A DNA stretch of 64,000 nt. It comes from Raillietiella orientalis. Taxonomy: Eukaryota. A program made the translations under genes and the position numbers. The notes under the pieces are model-generated. The model was not told the DNA's origin, made no database searches, and saw only the letters and a list, made by a program, of their open reading frames with translations. Below, piece by piece: positions 50,860-63,691 of this stretch (position 1 is the stretch's first letter; every line of letters starts with the position of its first letter). The DNA lies in NCBI GenBank assembly GCA_036172245.1, contig JAYWIR010000013.1:4402001-4466000 (forward strand), in the 5' to 3' direction.

Positions 50860-53223
50860 CTGTGCGGCCCGTACACGTTCACCAGGATGAGGTGAACAGC
50901 AGCGGACCAGGCCAGTCGCACGCCGATGGTTCGTCCGGGTTGGGGACAGAACACTTCCAGAATAGTGGGGCCATGTGGTTCTTGATTAGGGTCGCCACAC
51001 CCTGCGTGTTCCGTTCTCCCTCGCTGACACACATCGGCCCGTTGAATCGCCGTTCCATTCGCTGACTAATCTCGAGACCCATCTTGTGGGTCTCCTGCAG
51101 GCACACTATGTCTTGTGCAATGGTCTGCACAATCCTTTTTCTTTTTCCTTGGTTAACCACACCGATTAGATTTCAGGAGGCGATGTTCAGGCTCCTGGCG
51201 ATCGACAGGGAAGAGGCCATAAAAGGGGAAGACCTATTTCTTGGCCTTCCTGAGCTTCTTCTGTCTGAGAGAGCCTGCTCTTCCAGACGATGAAGAAGCA
51301 GCAGGCTTCTCGCTGCCGGCGTCACTCTCCGTTCCAGTGAGTTCGGTTACTTCCGCCTCCTCCGTAGAGTGTTCGGCTCGCGCGTTCAATTTTCGAGATA
51401 GCGCCTCTATCTCGACCTTGGCGCAGAAGTTCGCCTTTACGTGAAGAAGCTGTTGTTCTAGCGTCTCGCGCTCGGTACCCTCCACAACCTGTTTCACCTT
51501 CTCCTGTGCATTGCAGATCTTCTGCAAGATATTCTCTTGCTGAGGCCCACTTTGCACCTCCATCACTTCTTCCGCAAGTGTTGCCAACTCCTCCGTGGAC
51601 TGGAGGGTCTCCTGTGACACTGGAGTGGCTTCCTGGTTTCCTTCTTTCGCGCCTTCCTGCGCTACCTCCATCTTTTAGCCTTCCTGCGCCGCTCCTTCTA
51701 GGATAAGAGGGGTTTCTTACCCCTTGACGAGCATTCTCCTCTTTCCTTTCTTTCCTACCTCAATGTAGCCGTCCGTCGATACCAGGACGGCTTCCTTCAC
51801 CTTTTTCGGCCTTTCTGCCGACTTCTGAGGCTGTTCGACCTCCTTGATGTTCTTCTCTCTCACGGGAGAGAGTCCTCGAATCCTTCTGCAATCGGCGAAT
51901 TCCGGACAGCTCCATTTCGCATGTCCGTGCTTCTTGCAGAAGGAGCACACCTCCGGTTGCGTGCAGTTTCGTACTTGATGTCCTACTTTGCCGCAGAGGA
52001 AGCACGACATGTAGGGAAAGTGCCGAATCTGTTGCCGAACTGCTTGCACACGGTGCAGAATACGGGTTCTTTCCGGTAGCGCACGTTCATTTCTTGGGAT
52101 TGTTCGTCAATGAACGCCAACCCAGGTATAACAGCTCCCTCCTTTACCTTCATCTTGGCGATCATGAAGCCAGAAAATATATTTCCAGAGAAGTTCTGAA
52201 ATTCAAGGTCCAGAACCTCCCCTGAATGCTCCAAAAAGTTCCACACCGTTAGCTGCGGTATGAGGATGGAAATGCCGTTTAAGAAGACGGTTGTGTATGG
52301 CATCTCGCCAATACCACAAACCATCCTTTCTTGAATATTGATCTCCTTCTGGATCAATCTCTCTCTAATCTTTTCACAGTCTATAAATACTGTGAAACCG
52401 TTGCTACTTTGTATAATCGCCTGTATGCGATCAAAATTGATGACAGTTTTATCCAGGGACAGATACACCTCCCTGATGTTGTTGAATTTTATGAGCTCAG
52501 TGTTGAAAATAATGGTTTTTACATTCGGCCCTAGCACGACGATCGGCCGACCTACTTTTTGTACTTTTCCACTTAGCGGCTTTCCAAATTTCCTTGACGG
52601 CTTGACACTCGCTTGTCCTGCCGCCACCAACGCATGCGTAATGGGCTATGCCGCCGCAGCCGAACAGGATGGCGTCACACCCTGTACAGCGTGGACGCCC
52701 GCGGATCCCGCCTGAGACGCCGCCGCCGCGGGCGCAGCCCTCGACGTTGCAACCGTTGCCGCCGCCGGGGGCACCCCGGCATCGCCGCCGCAGACGCGAC
52801 CTTCCCCGCCGCGGGCGCGATCCTAGGCGTCGCCGCCGCGGGCACGACTTCCACCGTCGTCGCCGCGGGCACGACCCTTGGCATCGCCGCCGCCGGCGCA
52901 GCAAAGCCCGCCGCGGGCACGATGCTCGGCATGCCCGCCGCCGCCTCGCCTTTCCCGCACGTTACCTCCTCGGCTTCCATGGAAGAGGACGGCCTCTCTA
53001 CTCCTCCTGCAGGTGCCTGCATCCTGGCAGCTGGTCTTGCTGCACGGGACGACTGCAGGTCTTCCGCCATCATCTCCTCGGCGCTTCTTTTGTAGCTGCA
53101 TGAGGAGATCCTATTCATCACACTAGTCCAAACTCACTTTCATCTGTATACTTTCCCTCTCCGGGCACACACGATCACAATCAACTGAATAACCGTCGTC
53201 GTGCGCGCAATACTGTGAACGTC
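50848..53223 (-). mobile_element. 5' half of family-B LINE (5' UTR, ORF1, EN N-terminus up to NVYGPHRLKHR)
   Basis: ORF1 fragments 51234-53121 with CFLCGKVGHQVRNC and CSFCKKHGHAKWSC. ORF2 ATG at 51220, with IVCLQETH and VNVYGP. Confidence 0.85.
52715..52950 (-). repeat. GC-rich coding minisatellite (about 27-nt imperfect units) in the B ORF1 N-terminus
   Basis: Recurrent (C)GCCGCGGGC(A/G)CGA encodes VPAAG / VPAAT / VPAAA / APAAG repeats. Confidence 0.75.
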
Positions 53224-53245
53224 GAAGCCAGCTTACCGACTCGGC

Positions 53246-56200
53246 AAGTTTCCCTAAGTCCCACAAGGGGTGGGGTAAATTTATTTTTGAAAAATTTTTC
53301 TACAAAAACATTCACACTACAGTCTCATTTATACCATTTGCACTGTTTTTACCAATCTGAAGTCCATGGGTTCACAAGTTCTGCACTCATGGTGGGTTTC
53401 CTGCTGTTTGGTCCCGGGCGTTGTCCTCTATCCTCTTCAGGATGAATCGGTACGTCCAGGCTTGGATTTCTCCGCGATTCCTAATGCCAATTTCCCTCTT
53501 CAGAATCCCATGTAGGATCTAAATCGGTGGTGCGGCTCTCCTGGCTTTCCTCATTTTCCACCACCGCACAAGTATGACGGTGATGAAGAGGGCAATGGTG
53601 GTCCTCACCATGAGATTGTAACAGGGAACATTACCATCTTCCTGAGACATCCCAACGAGGATCTCCATTGCGGATCTGTTCGTAAGTCCAATGATCCTTT
53701 TTAGGATCAGCCAGTCATGCAGCAATGTGGAAAACGTCAAGACGTGAAGTCTCTTGTCGTTGTCTCCACATGCCGTGCAGTCTCGATCTTCAAGCCTCCC
53801 GGTATAGTACTGCAATCGGGACCCACTCTGGATTCCTCCATGATATAACATCAGGAGGGCATCCTGGGTGCCCAGCGGAAGGTCACTCCTCCAGAGCATC
53901 GTGCCGATGGCTAGCAGGTTGATCCGGTCACTTCCGTAGCGATCGGCGGCTTCCTGGAGGGCACTGATGTCAAAGTCTTCTTCCCGAATTAATCTTAGGA
54001 GGTTTGTTTTGATTACCCTGGAACACGCGAAGTCGTTGTGGTTAAGCCACACCTCGCGGATCATGTGGGTAAACCTTCCTAACATCATCTCTATATACCT
54101 AAGTATACAAGTGTGATGTAGATTCCCTCCTCGCCTCCATTCCTGGATTCGTTGTAGGGTAACTCTGGACCGCTGCTCGAACCAGCTTCTCGTGTCCGGC
54201 GGGACAGGAAGCATTCAAGGGATCACCAGGATGAACCCCTCCTTCTAGAGTTTCCTACTTATCGGCTCGATCTTGATTTTGTGCTTTCGCAGCAGCCGTT
54301 GCTTCCTCGTCTAGGATGGGTCGATTTTTATCCATCGCCTGCACGGCCTAGCAGCGCAATCATCAGGCCTTTCGAGTTGTTTAAAAAGAACGCGTAGGCC
54401 CTGTGCGCCGCATACGGCCAGTCATCACAGTGAGTGGCAATATCCAGGATGTGTCGCGTATCCATGATTTCTATGGAGTGTGCAAGCGACTTCATCCCGG
54501 AACCGCCTTCTTCCCTGGGACGACACAGGGGTTCTAGTCAAACTCTTGGGCGATAGGGGCCCCACAGTGTTTTTCTCTGCAGCTTGTGGAACTCCCTCGT
54601 GGTGTTCTTGTTTATCTTCGCAAAGGACGCCCCGAAGAGCACTCTTGGAAGGAGTACTCCATTCCATATGTTTGCCTTTCGCTTCATCCCAAGTTCCGTT
54701 CGGGTGTACTTGGCTGCTTCCTTAGCCGTTTCCCCTAGGATCTCGGTCCACAATAGCTTCGACGCGGATTCGTCGCCAATGCAGACATCCACTTACTTGA
54801 CCGTGTTCACCGTTCGGAATCTTCTTGTTAGAGCGGAGAGATCGAGGATTTTAACGGGCAAGAGTTGGCTTTTCTGGGCGTTGATCTTTAGACTCAGGCC
54901 TTCATCCATCAGGTCTACCACATCCAGAAACGCTTGTTGATTTCTCTCTTACATGATAAAGATGAGTAGATCATCTGCGTATGCCAAATGACGCTGGCCA
55001 TCGATGGTTATGCCTTGCAGTCCTCCGCTCTTCTCGATAAAGGACGACAACGCCTCCATGTAGATGACGAACAGCTTCGAACTTAGCGAATCGCCTTGCC
55101 GGACTCCCCGTTCCATTCGGATTGCTGCCGTCTCCTGGCCGTTGATTTTCGATCGGCAGTACTGGTTCTGGACTACCACCCTTACGAAGTTGCTGAAGTG
55201 TTCCGGAAGGCCTAGCTTCTTCAGAACCTTCAGCAACATCCCATGGTCGATGGAGTCGAAAGCCTTCTCCATGTCAGTGAACACCAGCACCAGGTTCTCG
55301 CCGACGTATCGGCAAAGTGCGACGGTGGCCAGGGCACAATTGACATTGTCCGACATGTGACGTCCAGGGACTGCACACGTTTGGACCGGAGAGATGACCT
55401 TCGACATGACTTTGCCTAAGCGGTTGGACCAGATCTACGCCAACCAAATGGCATCCGAGTTCGGGATCGAGATCGGCCTCCATTGAGCGACCTGCGTGAG
55501 ATCGCCTCCTTTTGGCAGCAATCTCATCCTACTCTCGTAGAAGGATTCCGGGAGTCTTCCTTCTTCACGGATGCAGAGGGTCAACTGGTGGAACAAACGC
55601 AGGTAGGCATGCAGGTAAAGCTGATAGTGCGTGATAGGTACACTGTCAGTGCCCGCCGCCACATACTTGCGCAGTTGTCCAAAAGCAGTCTTCACCTCGA
55701 CCTGGAAGAGTTCCTTCTTCAGTCTGTTCCGCTGGAGGTCGTCGGTCCTCTTCTCGAGATAGCTTAGAAAGGCTTGTTGACTAGAGCGACAGAGATGTTG
55801 TCGCCTGAAGTGTTTCGTGTAATGCCTGTGAAAGGCTTCCACGATATCCTCGGACGACTGTCGCTCTTGAACGTCGTACTGGATGCAGAAGATATCTGTT
55901 GCCAGATTTCTATTCTCCAGCACGCCGATCCCCCCTTTTATGTTGTTGAAGACGTACCGACTCTCGCACTGATCGGAGTACTTTGAGAGTGAGCGATCTT
56001 GGATGTTCAGCTCCCGGTACGCCTCCTGCCTCAAGCGTCTATCCCCGAATTACATATTTGCAAACAGGTGTATCCTGTGTTTCAAGCTGCCCCAGTCGGT
56101 GATTCTTCCGATTTTTGTGGTCTTCAGAATCGTCTCCAGGACCTCCGGATTTCCAGGATGTGTCTTGAACCAGGCGGGCATGCTGATAGCGCCGTCATGG

Positions 56201-56529
56201 GGCCTTGCCTCCGACGAGGATTCTCCGTTCTTAGGGAAAACGGCGCCAACTAGTGATCGGACAGAGTGGTCAATGAGTCTCGAAAACCCTGAATGCGATT
56301 CCCTAGTTCGGTGCTGTGGAGGACGTGATCGATCAGCTTGTGACTTGCTGTTCGCCACGCCAATCCGAACTCGTCGGCTAGCCGCCGATATGCCGTCCTT
56401 TCTCTTGCGTCTTAAGAATGAGTGATATTATCCAATATGTTGAGATTGCCAGCAACAATCACCACGTCCTTAGGGGCGACCTTTTCACGGAGTGCTGCAT
56501 GAAGCACCTCTGCACAACGATGTTTCAGC
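53246..56529 (-). mobile_element. 3' half of family-B LINE (EN from LKHRC, RT, CCHC, 3' UTR)
   Basis: VIVAGNLN, IDH, WRPISIPNSD, DMEKAFD, RGVRQGDSLS, AYADD and DCTAC...HVL. 3' UTR homologous to 488-623. Confidence 0.85.
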
Positions 56530-59500
56530 AGGGGAGTAGTCCCCAAACGGCACACCAAGGTACTTGAGGCACCTCGCCGTGAGGATCCCCAGACGGACCC
56601 AGTCCTGCTGCCCTGCCCACGGCGCACCTACTGGCACCACCGACGACTTCGCCCTGTTGACCTGTAGTCCGGTCCCACGGCTGAGCAGATCGAAGAAGTC
56701 TCCGTCCGCCTTCGCCGGGGTGGACATAGGTAACAGGAGCAGAAGGTCGTCGGCATAGGCTGCTACGGCGGGCGTGCCGGGGCACGAGCTGGGCAAGGGG
56801 GCCAAAGTAACCCTGTAGGCTCTCAGCACCAACTCAAAGTAGGTGCCTAAAAGCAGGGGACTCAGGCTATCGCCCTGCCTGATGCCCCGCCGCACTGGCA
56901 CGCCGTACACCTTCTGACTGCTGAAAAAGATGCAGATAATCGCATTCCGCCAGCAAGAGCGCATTTAGGTGATCAAGAAGGGAGGGAAGCACATGCGACC
57001 CAGAAGCTCCAACAAAAGCTCCTGGTCAACACAGTCGAACGCCTTATGGACATCGACTGCGAGCGCTAGGGCCCCCTCCCCCGCCCAGGAGTCCATTCCC
57101 TGCCCTGCTAGCTGCCCCAAAGTGGGGTTGCCGATTTTTTCCTTCCGCTTTTTTTAGACACCTCTGCGCGTGCATCCATGTGCTCGCGAAGAAGAGGTTA
57201 TCATCCATACTTTGCCCGGGAACAGCATATGTCTGCTCCGGGCTAATTATGGATTCTGCCACCTGCCCCAGACGCGAAGCCCATAGCCCGGCAACCAACT
57301 CGACGTCCGTATATACAATCGTTATCGGACGCCAGTTGTTCACATTTCTAGGGTCTTCTCCTTTCGGCAGGAGCCTCACTCTGGCTGAACGAAACGAGGC
57401 GGTAACATCGCCTTGGTCTCGGATCAGCCTTGTCAGCTGAAGCAGAATGGGTGCCAGCTCTTCCGCGAAGCTCTCATAGAACTCCGTGGGCAAGTCGTCT
57501 TCCCCTGGAGCTTTCCACCTCTTAAGCCTTTTGATACCGGCGAGAATTTCGCCGGTGGTAAAAAGCTAGTCAAGGCTCTCCATCTCCTCCTCCTCTATTG
57601 CCGGGGTGCCATCCGGAAGCAAGAGCCGAGAAGCATCTTGATACTGGGGCGTCCTGGCGTAAAAGGAGGAATGATAACTCCGCACGAAATGCTGTACCGA
57701 CGCCGAAGACGAACATTCCCGGCTCTGGTGGATCAGCAAGCTGGCGGACCCGGATTGGCAGGCTTGGCGTTCGGCCCCGGCGCGGTACTCGGCCAGGCGA
57801 CTGACACTAGGGGTTCTCTCGTACTTACATGCCTGTAAATATGCCCAATGGTTGCCAGGACCCTCGTCGAATCCGGGAAACAGGCGGTCCAGAAAGAACT
57901 GCTCGCAGAACTCCCAGACCAAGGCCTTAAGAAGGTGCCAATCCGTTAGACTCTGTGGCGTGCCTCCTCTCAGGAATTCGCGAAGGAGTTCCTTCGCACC
58001 TGAGAGTCGCGTGCAGTCTTCCGGCAGACGCCAATCCATTGATGGCGTTCCCTTGTCGCGAGGCCGCATCTCGAAAATCAGCCAGGAATGGTCCGACAGC
58101 GTCGACGCAATCTTCCCCCGTTTGCCCACCCGTGAACACAGGTCAGCGTCAAGGAAGACGTGGTCGATGCTGCAGTCCATTCTCCTCTCACCCGCGAACA
58201 AGTTGCGCCCACGCATGGCGGCGCACAACCCGTTCAACGCGTTCCATTGTGTTTCCGGCTCACCTCTTAGCAGGCGGAGATCTCGCGCTATCAGGTGAGC
58301 CTTCCGCACGCTCGTGTTCGCCAGCCAGTCGCGCTTCAGGGATTCAAGCAGCCTGGTACGGTTGCTGTATCCCTTTTGACCGGTTGGGGCGTACACATTC
58401 GTGACGATCAGATCGATCGAGTCGGACCAGCCGAGAGTCAGCTGACCGACCCGACCTTCGTCATCGAAGCGCACGCCCTTCACGGCAGCGTTGATGGACG
58501 GCTTCACGAAGAACGCGACCCCGCAGGTGTTGCGGATGACGCATTGGCAGTGCAGCCGACCCCCCGCGATCGTCTCTATCTCCTGGTCGTCTGCCGCGGT
58601 GATCACGTGGATCTCCTGCAACAGGGCCAGGTCGAACTCCCGCAGGGTGTCGGCTGTATCTCGCCTGTTAACGTCGTCGCCCAGCCCGTTGACATTCCAA
58701 CAGGCGGCGCGAATCCGACGGAAACTGGCGAGCCCAGGTGTTACTCCTGGGAAAATGGCAGTGCGGCGTCCGCCACCTGCTGGGGCGGGACGCTAGGTGG
58801 AGGAGGAGGGTCAGGTGCTGAAGGCACCTGGTCCCCCTCCTCCATAGGAAACTGTACGTCGAGCGGGTAACCCACAGGTGGGGTCGCGCCTACCTCTTCG
58901 CCCTCCTCCGTGGGGGCGGGCTGTTTAGGTTCGGCGCCTGCAGGGGGGACTTCACCCCTCTGTTCACCCTCCTCCATGGGTGTGACCGGATCGACGGCTT
59001 CCGAGCGTGGGAATTCCTCCTCCGAATATCCCACGCTGGCGACGGCTTCCGTCTTCTCCTCCTCGCTGGTGGAGGGCAGGCGCCTCCTGGGCTTCTGGGA
59101 CTTGCGTGCCGACTTCTTGGGAGGTGCCTCATAGGAGGAGGATGCACTTTCGGCCCCCAGGTCTAACTCACCTGTGGGGGCCTTGTTCGCCGGAGCCGGC
59201 CTTCTCAAGGCCTTGCGCGAGGGGTTCTCGCGCTCGGCCAGCGTGACCGCGAGCTCCTCCGCCGCCTGCGCGAACGCGGCGTCCGCGGCTTCGACCGCCG
59301 CTATGTCGCGCGGCTCACCCTCTTTGTAAACAGAGGGTTCGCCGTCGCGAGCCTCGGGCGCAGAGGAAATGGCAAGGGGAGGATCGTCGCTCCGGGTGGC
59401 AACCTCGGGAACGACGATTCGTTCCAGTGCCACCGTGCACTCGCGCAGAGTTTTCCCGCGCGGACCGGGTTTTTTTGGCTTACCGGCCGTCTTGCGCTCT

Positions 59501-60575
59501 TTGCTCTCCGCGGGTGGGAGTTTCCTCGGCTTTCTGGCCTCTACAAGCTTCCATCCCTCTTCGCCTTCCACGGTTTCAGAAGGTTTACCCTCCGGCTTTC
59601 GCGCCGGAGGTTGAGGTGTTGGCAGCTTGTGCTGGTCCTTTTCCACTTTAGGTCTAGAGACCTTTGAAGCGCCTTTCCCCTGCGCTTTTTTCGCGGCAGG
59701 TGGAACCAGTGTGGGGCGTTTGGGGCACACGCGCCGAACGTGGCTCCGCTCCCCGCACAAATGGCATTGTATATTGGGACACCTTTTACGTAGGTGTCCC
59801 ACGGTATCACAATGCCCGCAATACCGGGGCTTCCCTACATACCACAGGTCGACGTTTTCTTCCAACACCTGTAGGTTGTCGGGAAGCCCAGAATTCTCTC
59901 TTACGGTGACCCGCGCTGCAGCCTGCCCACCAAAAAGGCTATTGAAGCAGTCGAAAATGGAGGGTTTCGGCCACAGTGCGTGCACCTCACCGTACTTTCG
60001 CAGTTTTTCACCAACCGCTGACCGCGTCATGCGGCTGGTGATACCGGTCATGTGGACCATTACGTAGCGGTCCTTTGATACTGGCAGGATCTTGCGGCCG
60101 TCTACGTTCAGCGGCGCATGGATTAGACGGTGAGCCAAGGTGACATCTTTGCAGACCACCTCGACCCGCTGCCCGCCGCTGAGGACAGAGAGGCCGTCTA
60201 GATCCTTCTCAGTGACATTCGGGTCCTTCAACGCTTTGCAGAAGGCGCGTGCTGTCCGGCCGTCGAACAAGTTGCCTACCTGTTAGACAAGCGATGGCTT
60301 GTACCCGGAGGCCTTGTATGCGGCCATCTCCGCCATGGTTTCTGCGCTGGGCGCGGCCACCATGGCGCTCCATTTCCTCGGCGTGGGCAGGCAAGATTCC
60401 GGGGCGGCTGCGTCTGCTCCAGTAGGCTGTGGGTGCGAACTAGCCTCTTCCACTCCCACCTCCATCGCGGTGTGCTCTGGCGTCGTGGCCATTGGACACC
60501 GACGATGTACACAAAACACCACACACAAGAAAGCGTTTTCCTACTACTCTTTGAGGAGTGAAGGAAAAACACGTT
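56524..60575 (-). mobile_element. 5' part of LINE 'Q' (ORF1, EN, RT to thumb); same family as N
   Basis: ORF 58741-60270 with two knuckles; EN ORF 57566-58621; RT motifs WRPITIV, QGDSLSP, AYADD and KYLG. 5' motif at 60555-60575 (rc). Confidence 0.9.
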
Positions 60576-60576
60576 C

Positions 60577-60870
60577 TCCAGCTGGCCTTGGAGGGTTCTG
60601 GCTGCAAAGAGGCAGCCAGCTACTCCGCGGCCTGCGCGAAGGCTACGTCATCGATGGTGGTGTCGATGACGCATGCCGCCGCCGGCTCGCTCCCCTCATT
60701 GTTGACAGTGTCAGCAGGGGGGTTGTCGTCGGTAGCGCAAATTCTTTTTCGCAGCGGTTGGGAATACGCTCCACGATAACACTGCACGGACGTGTTATGG
60801 GTTGCTCCTCGAGCGGGTTTCCTTTCCGTCTTCTTGTGTGTGGTGTGCCCCAGTGGGTCCACTAGGATGT
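60577..60870 (-). pseudogene. internal ORF1 fragment
   Basis: The rc contains PCSVIVER and DDVAFAQAAE, motifs shared with the N/Q/T ORF1s. Confidence 0.6.
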
Positions 60871-60920
60871 CCACGGAGCCCCTGCAGCAAAAGATCAATG
60901 TGGAGGCCGCTACGTCGTTT

Positions 60921-63690
60921 TCAAAGGTCTGTAAACCGGAGATGTATGCCGGTGATGTCCTCTTTCACCTTGTCACGAAGATGACACCACCTTGAAGCCT
61001 CCTCCATGAATTGAGCTCTAAGCAGGTGAGCCTCCCTTCGCTGCGCTGACAACACCAGGGCGTAGCGCGCTTTCACGATGGCGCGAACGCAACACTTGGT
61101 GGCGACAATCGCGCCGACCGAAAGTCCATTTCTGCTGAAGAAGCGCCGCAGCATATCAATGACAGTGCCTCCTTGTGGCATGATGGCCGAAGTGAGCCTT
61201 CGCCACAGTTCCCGGAGGTCACCGCAGTCCAGCAAAAGGTGCGGAAAAAACTCGATCTCTCCGCACCTTAAACAGTTTGGCGAAGCAGCTCCCTTGGATA
61301 CGATGCTTCGCTGCCTATTACAGTGTAATGCACAATGTAAACAGAGCAGCACATGTTGTTTCCACTTTAGGGGGAACACGGAGCTGTCCAAACAAACGGG
61401 GAAAACCACTATCTCTTCGAGAAGCACACTTAAATGTTCGCTCCACCGAAGCAGGCCCTTCGCCCGATTCCGAGGGGTGGCGGCTTGCACCAGCTCCTTT
61501 GTCGGCCAGCTGCCGAGGAGCTTACTGACTCCTGCTATTTTGCAGGAGAACTCCCATTCCACCGGTAGGCAACCGTCGTTGCTTGCCCTGAGAGCAGACA
61601 GTGCTGCGGCGAGCGGTGTGGCGGCCAGACGATCCGACATCTTCTTCTCCTACATGACTTCGTCCATTAGATGACTGACGAGAAGTCGCAGGCGTCGAAG
61701 ATCTTCCGGGCGCGTTCCTTCGGAAGCTGCCCACGATGAAAGAGATTCCTGCCGCCATGCATTAATGTTCATGGGGCGGCAGGAGATCCAGCTTTGGGCT
61801 TCCAGCAGTGAGGACAGCTGCCTCAGCGGGAAGGCAAACCCTATTCTGGTGTGTCGAATGTGGGGCAGCAACGAAAGCAGTCCCTCGCTTCCCGTGCAGC
61901 GCCTTAGTATAAATCGTGCGGGTAAGCACCACGGCGTACACCGCAGCTTGACACAGAGCCGCAGAATGCGAAACTGCACCTCTAGTTCGATGCTTTTTAA
62001 GTCTAGGATGCCCAGGCCTGCATCCTGACGCGGCGCCACCAAGTCTTGAAGTCTTACGGGGGATCTTGCAGCGCCCCACAGCGCTTTGCGTAGAAGGCGC
62101 TGCGCCCAGACTTTGACTTTCTGGGGACGTGGACAAACAAAAAACAGGGGGCGGAGGAGATGGGCAACGAAGGTGTTCCAGATGCAGGCCCGTTCCGGCA
62201 AGACGAACTCGCTTCCTGAAAACGGGCCAAGTGCACGCTCTGCCTTCCGAAGGCAGTCCGACCTCGCTTCTGAGATGCAGAATTCGTCCAACGGCACGTC
62301 AAGGTACCTGAGGTACCTGCCCGTGGAGATCCTTAGGCCGATCCAGTCGGACTGCCCCTCCCACGTCGCAACCACCGGAACAACCATACACTTACCCCTG
62401 TTAACGCTCACGCCCGCACCGCAGCGAATTAACTAAAAGAAGTCTTCAAGCGATGACGCAGGGGTGGATATGGGCAACAGGAGAAGCAGGTCGTCGGCAT
62501 AGAATGTCACGGCCGGCGTACCTGGACAGAAGGTCGGCAGGTTAGCTAGCGTCAGCCTGTAAACCTCCAGCACCAATTCAAAAAAGAAAATAAAGAGCAG
62601 CGGGGTTAAGCTATCACCCTGCCGAATTCCTCGTCGTACCGGCACGCCGTACACGCGACAGCCACTGAAAACAATGGATGTAATCGCGTGGCGCCAGCAG
62701 GAGCGCAAGTACGCCAACAGGAATGCCGGAAGACCCAGACGTTCCAAAAGCTCAAGAAGAAGCTTTTGGTTCACGCAATCGAAAGCTTTGTGCAGATCGA
62801 CTGCAACCGCCAAGGCTCCCGGTGTCTCCCTTTGCGTCCCGCGCCTCTGTCGGTGAGAGATCGAAGGCGTCGCTTCCGCACGACGATCCACCTCCACACG
62901 AAGCTGCAATTGCAGCCATGTGCGGATGAACAAGAGATTCGCATCCATGGACCGTCCTGGAACAGCGTACGTCTGCTCCGGACTTACCAAGGATTCCGCG
63001 ATCCTACCCATCCGCGCCACCCAAAGTTTCCAGAACAACTTGACGTGCGAATTCACTAATGTGATCGGACGCCAGTTTTTCAGTTGGCGCAAATCTTCGC
63101 CTTTCGGCATTAGACGCACCTTCGCTGAGCAAAACGAGGCGGGCACATCGCCCGAGTATCGCTTCAACCACGAGAGTTGGAGAACCAGGGGGATGAGCTC
63201 CGCCGCAAAACACTGGAAGAATTCCGCGGGGAGCCCATCTTCGCCTGGCACTTTTCGACTCTTGAGCCCCGAGATGGCCGAGGAAATTTCCTCTGCCGTG
63301 AAGGGCTCATCAAGACGCGCGCGTTCCCTCTCGTGTACAACAGGTGCATCAATCGGCAGAAGCAGCCGGGAGAGGCTGCGTTCCGTCGGTGCCTCTGCAT
63401 ACAGAGAAGAGTCATAGCGCCTCACTATCCGTCGCAAGTCGGCTGGAGCCGAGCTTTCCCGGTCCCGGTCGTCGAGCAGAACTGTCGCCCCTGACTGCCA
63501 GACCTGGCGCTCGGCATAGGCCTTGTACTTAAATAATCGATAAACGTCCGGGCGCCTGGAAAGAAGCGGGCCTGCAGAAAATCTCTGCTGTTGGCAACGC
63601 CCTCTCGGAAGCCGCGCGGAAGCTGGTGCAAGGGAAACCGGCAGCAGAACTCGCGGACCGATCTTTTGAGATCGTCCCAGTCCTCGAGTC
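60921..63690 (-). mobile_element. ORF2 3' part of LINE 'P' (no recognisable 3' UTR or terminal hairpin)
   Basis: ORFs 62433-63791, 61650-62411 and 60921-61640 contain WRPITLVN, DLHKAFD, QGDSL, FYADD and PNCLRC...HLLLDC. Confidence 0.85.
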
Positions 63691-63691
63691 A

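Noticed and set aside
49785..51032. 415-aa ORF as a novel EN-RT fusion protein
   Set aside because: It is an accidental in-frame read-through of the B/R junction at 50848-50859 and lacks the catalytic remainder of EN.
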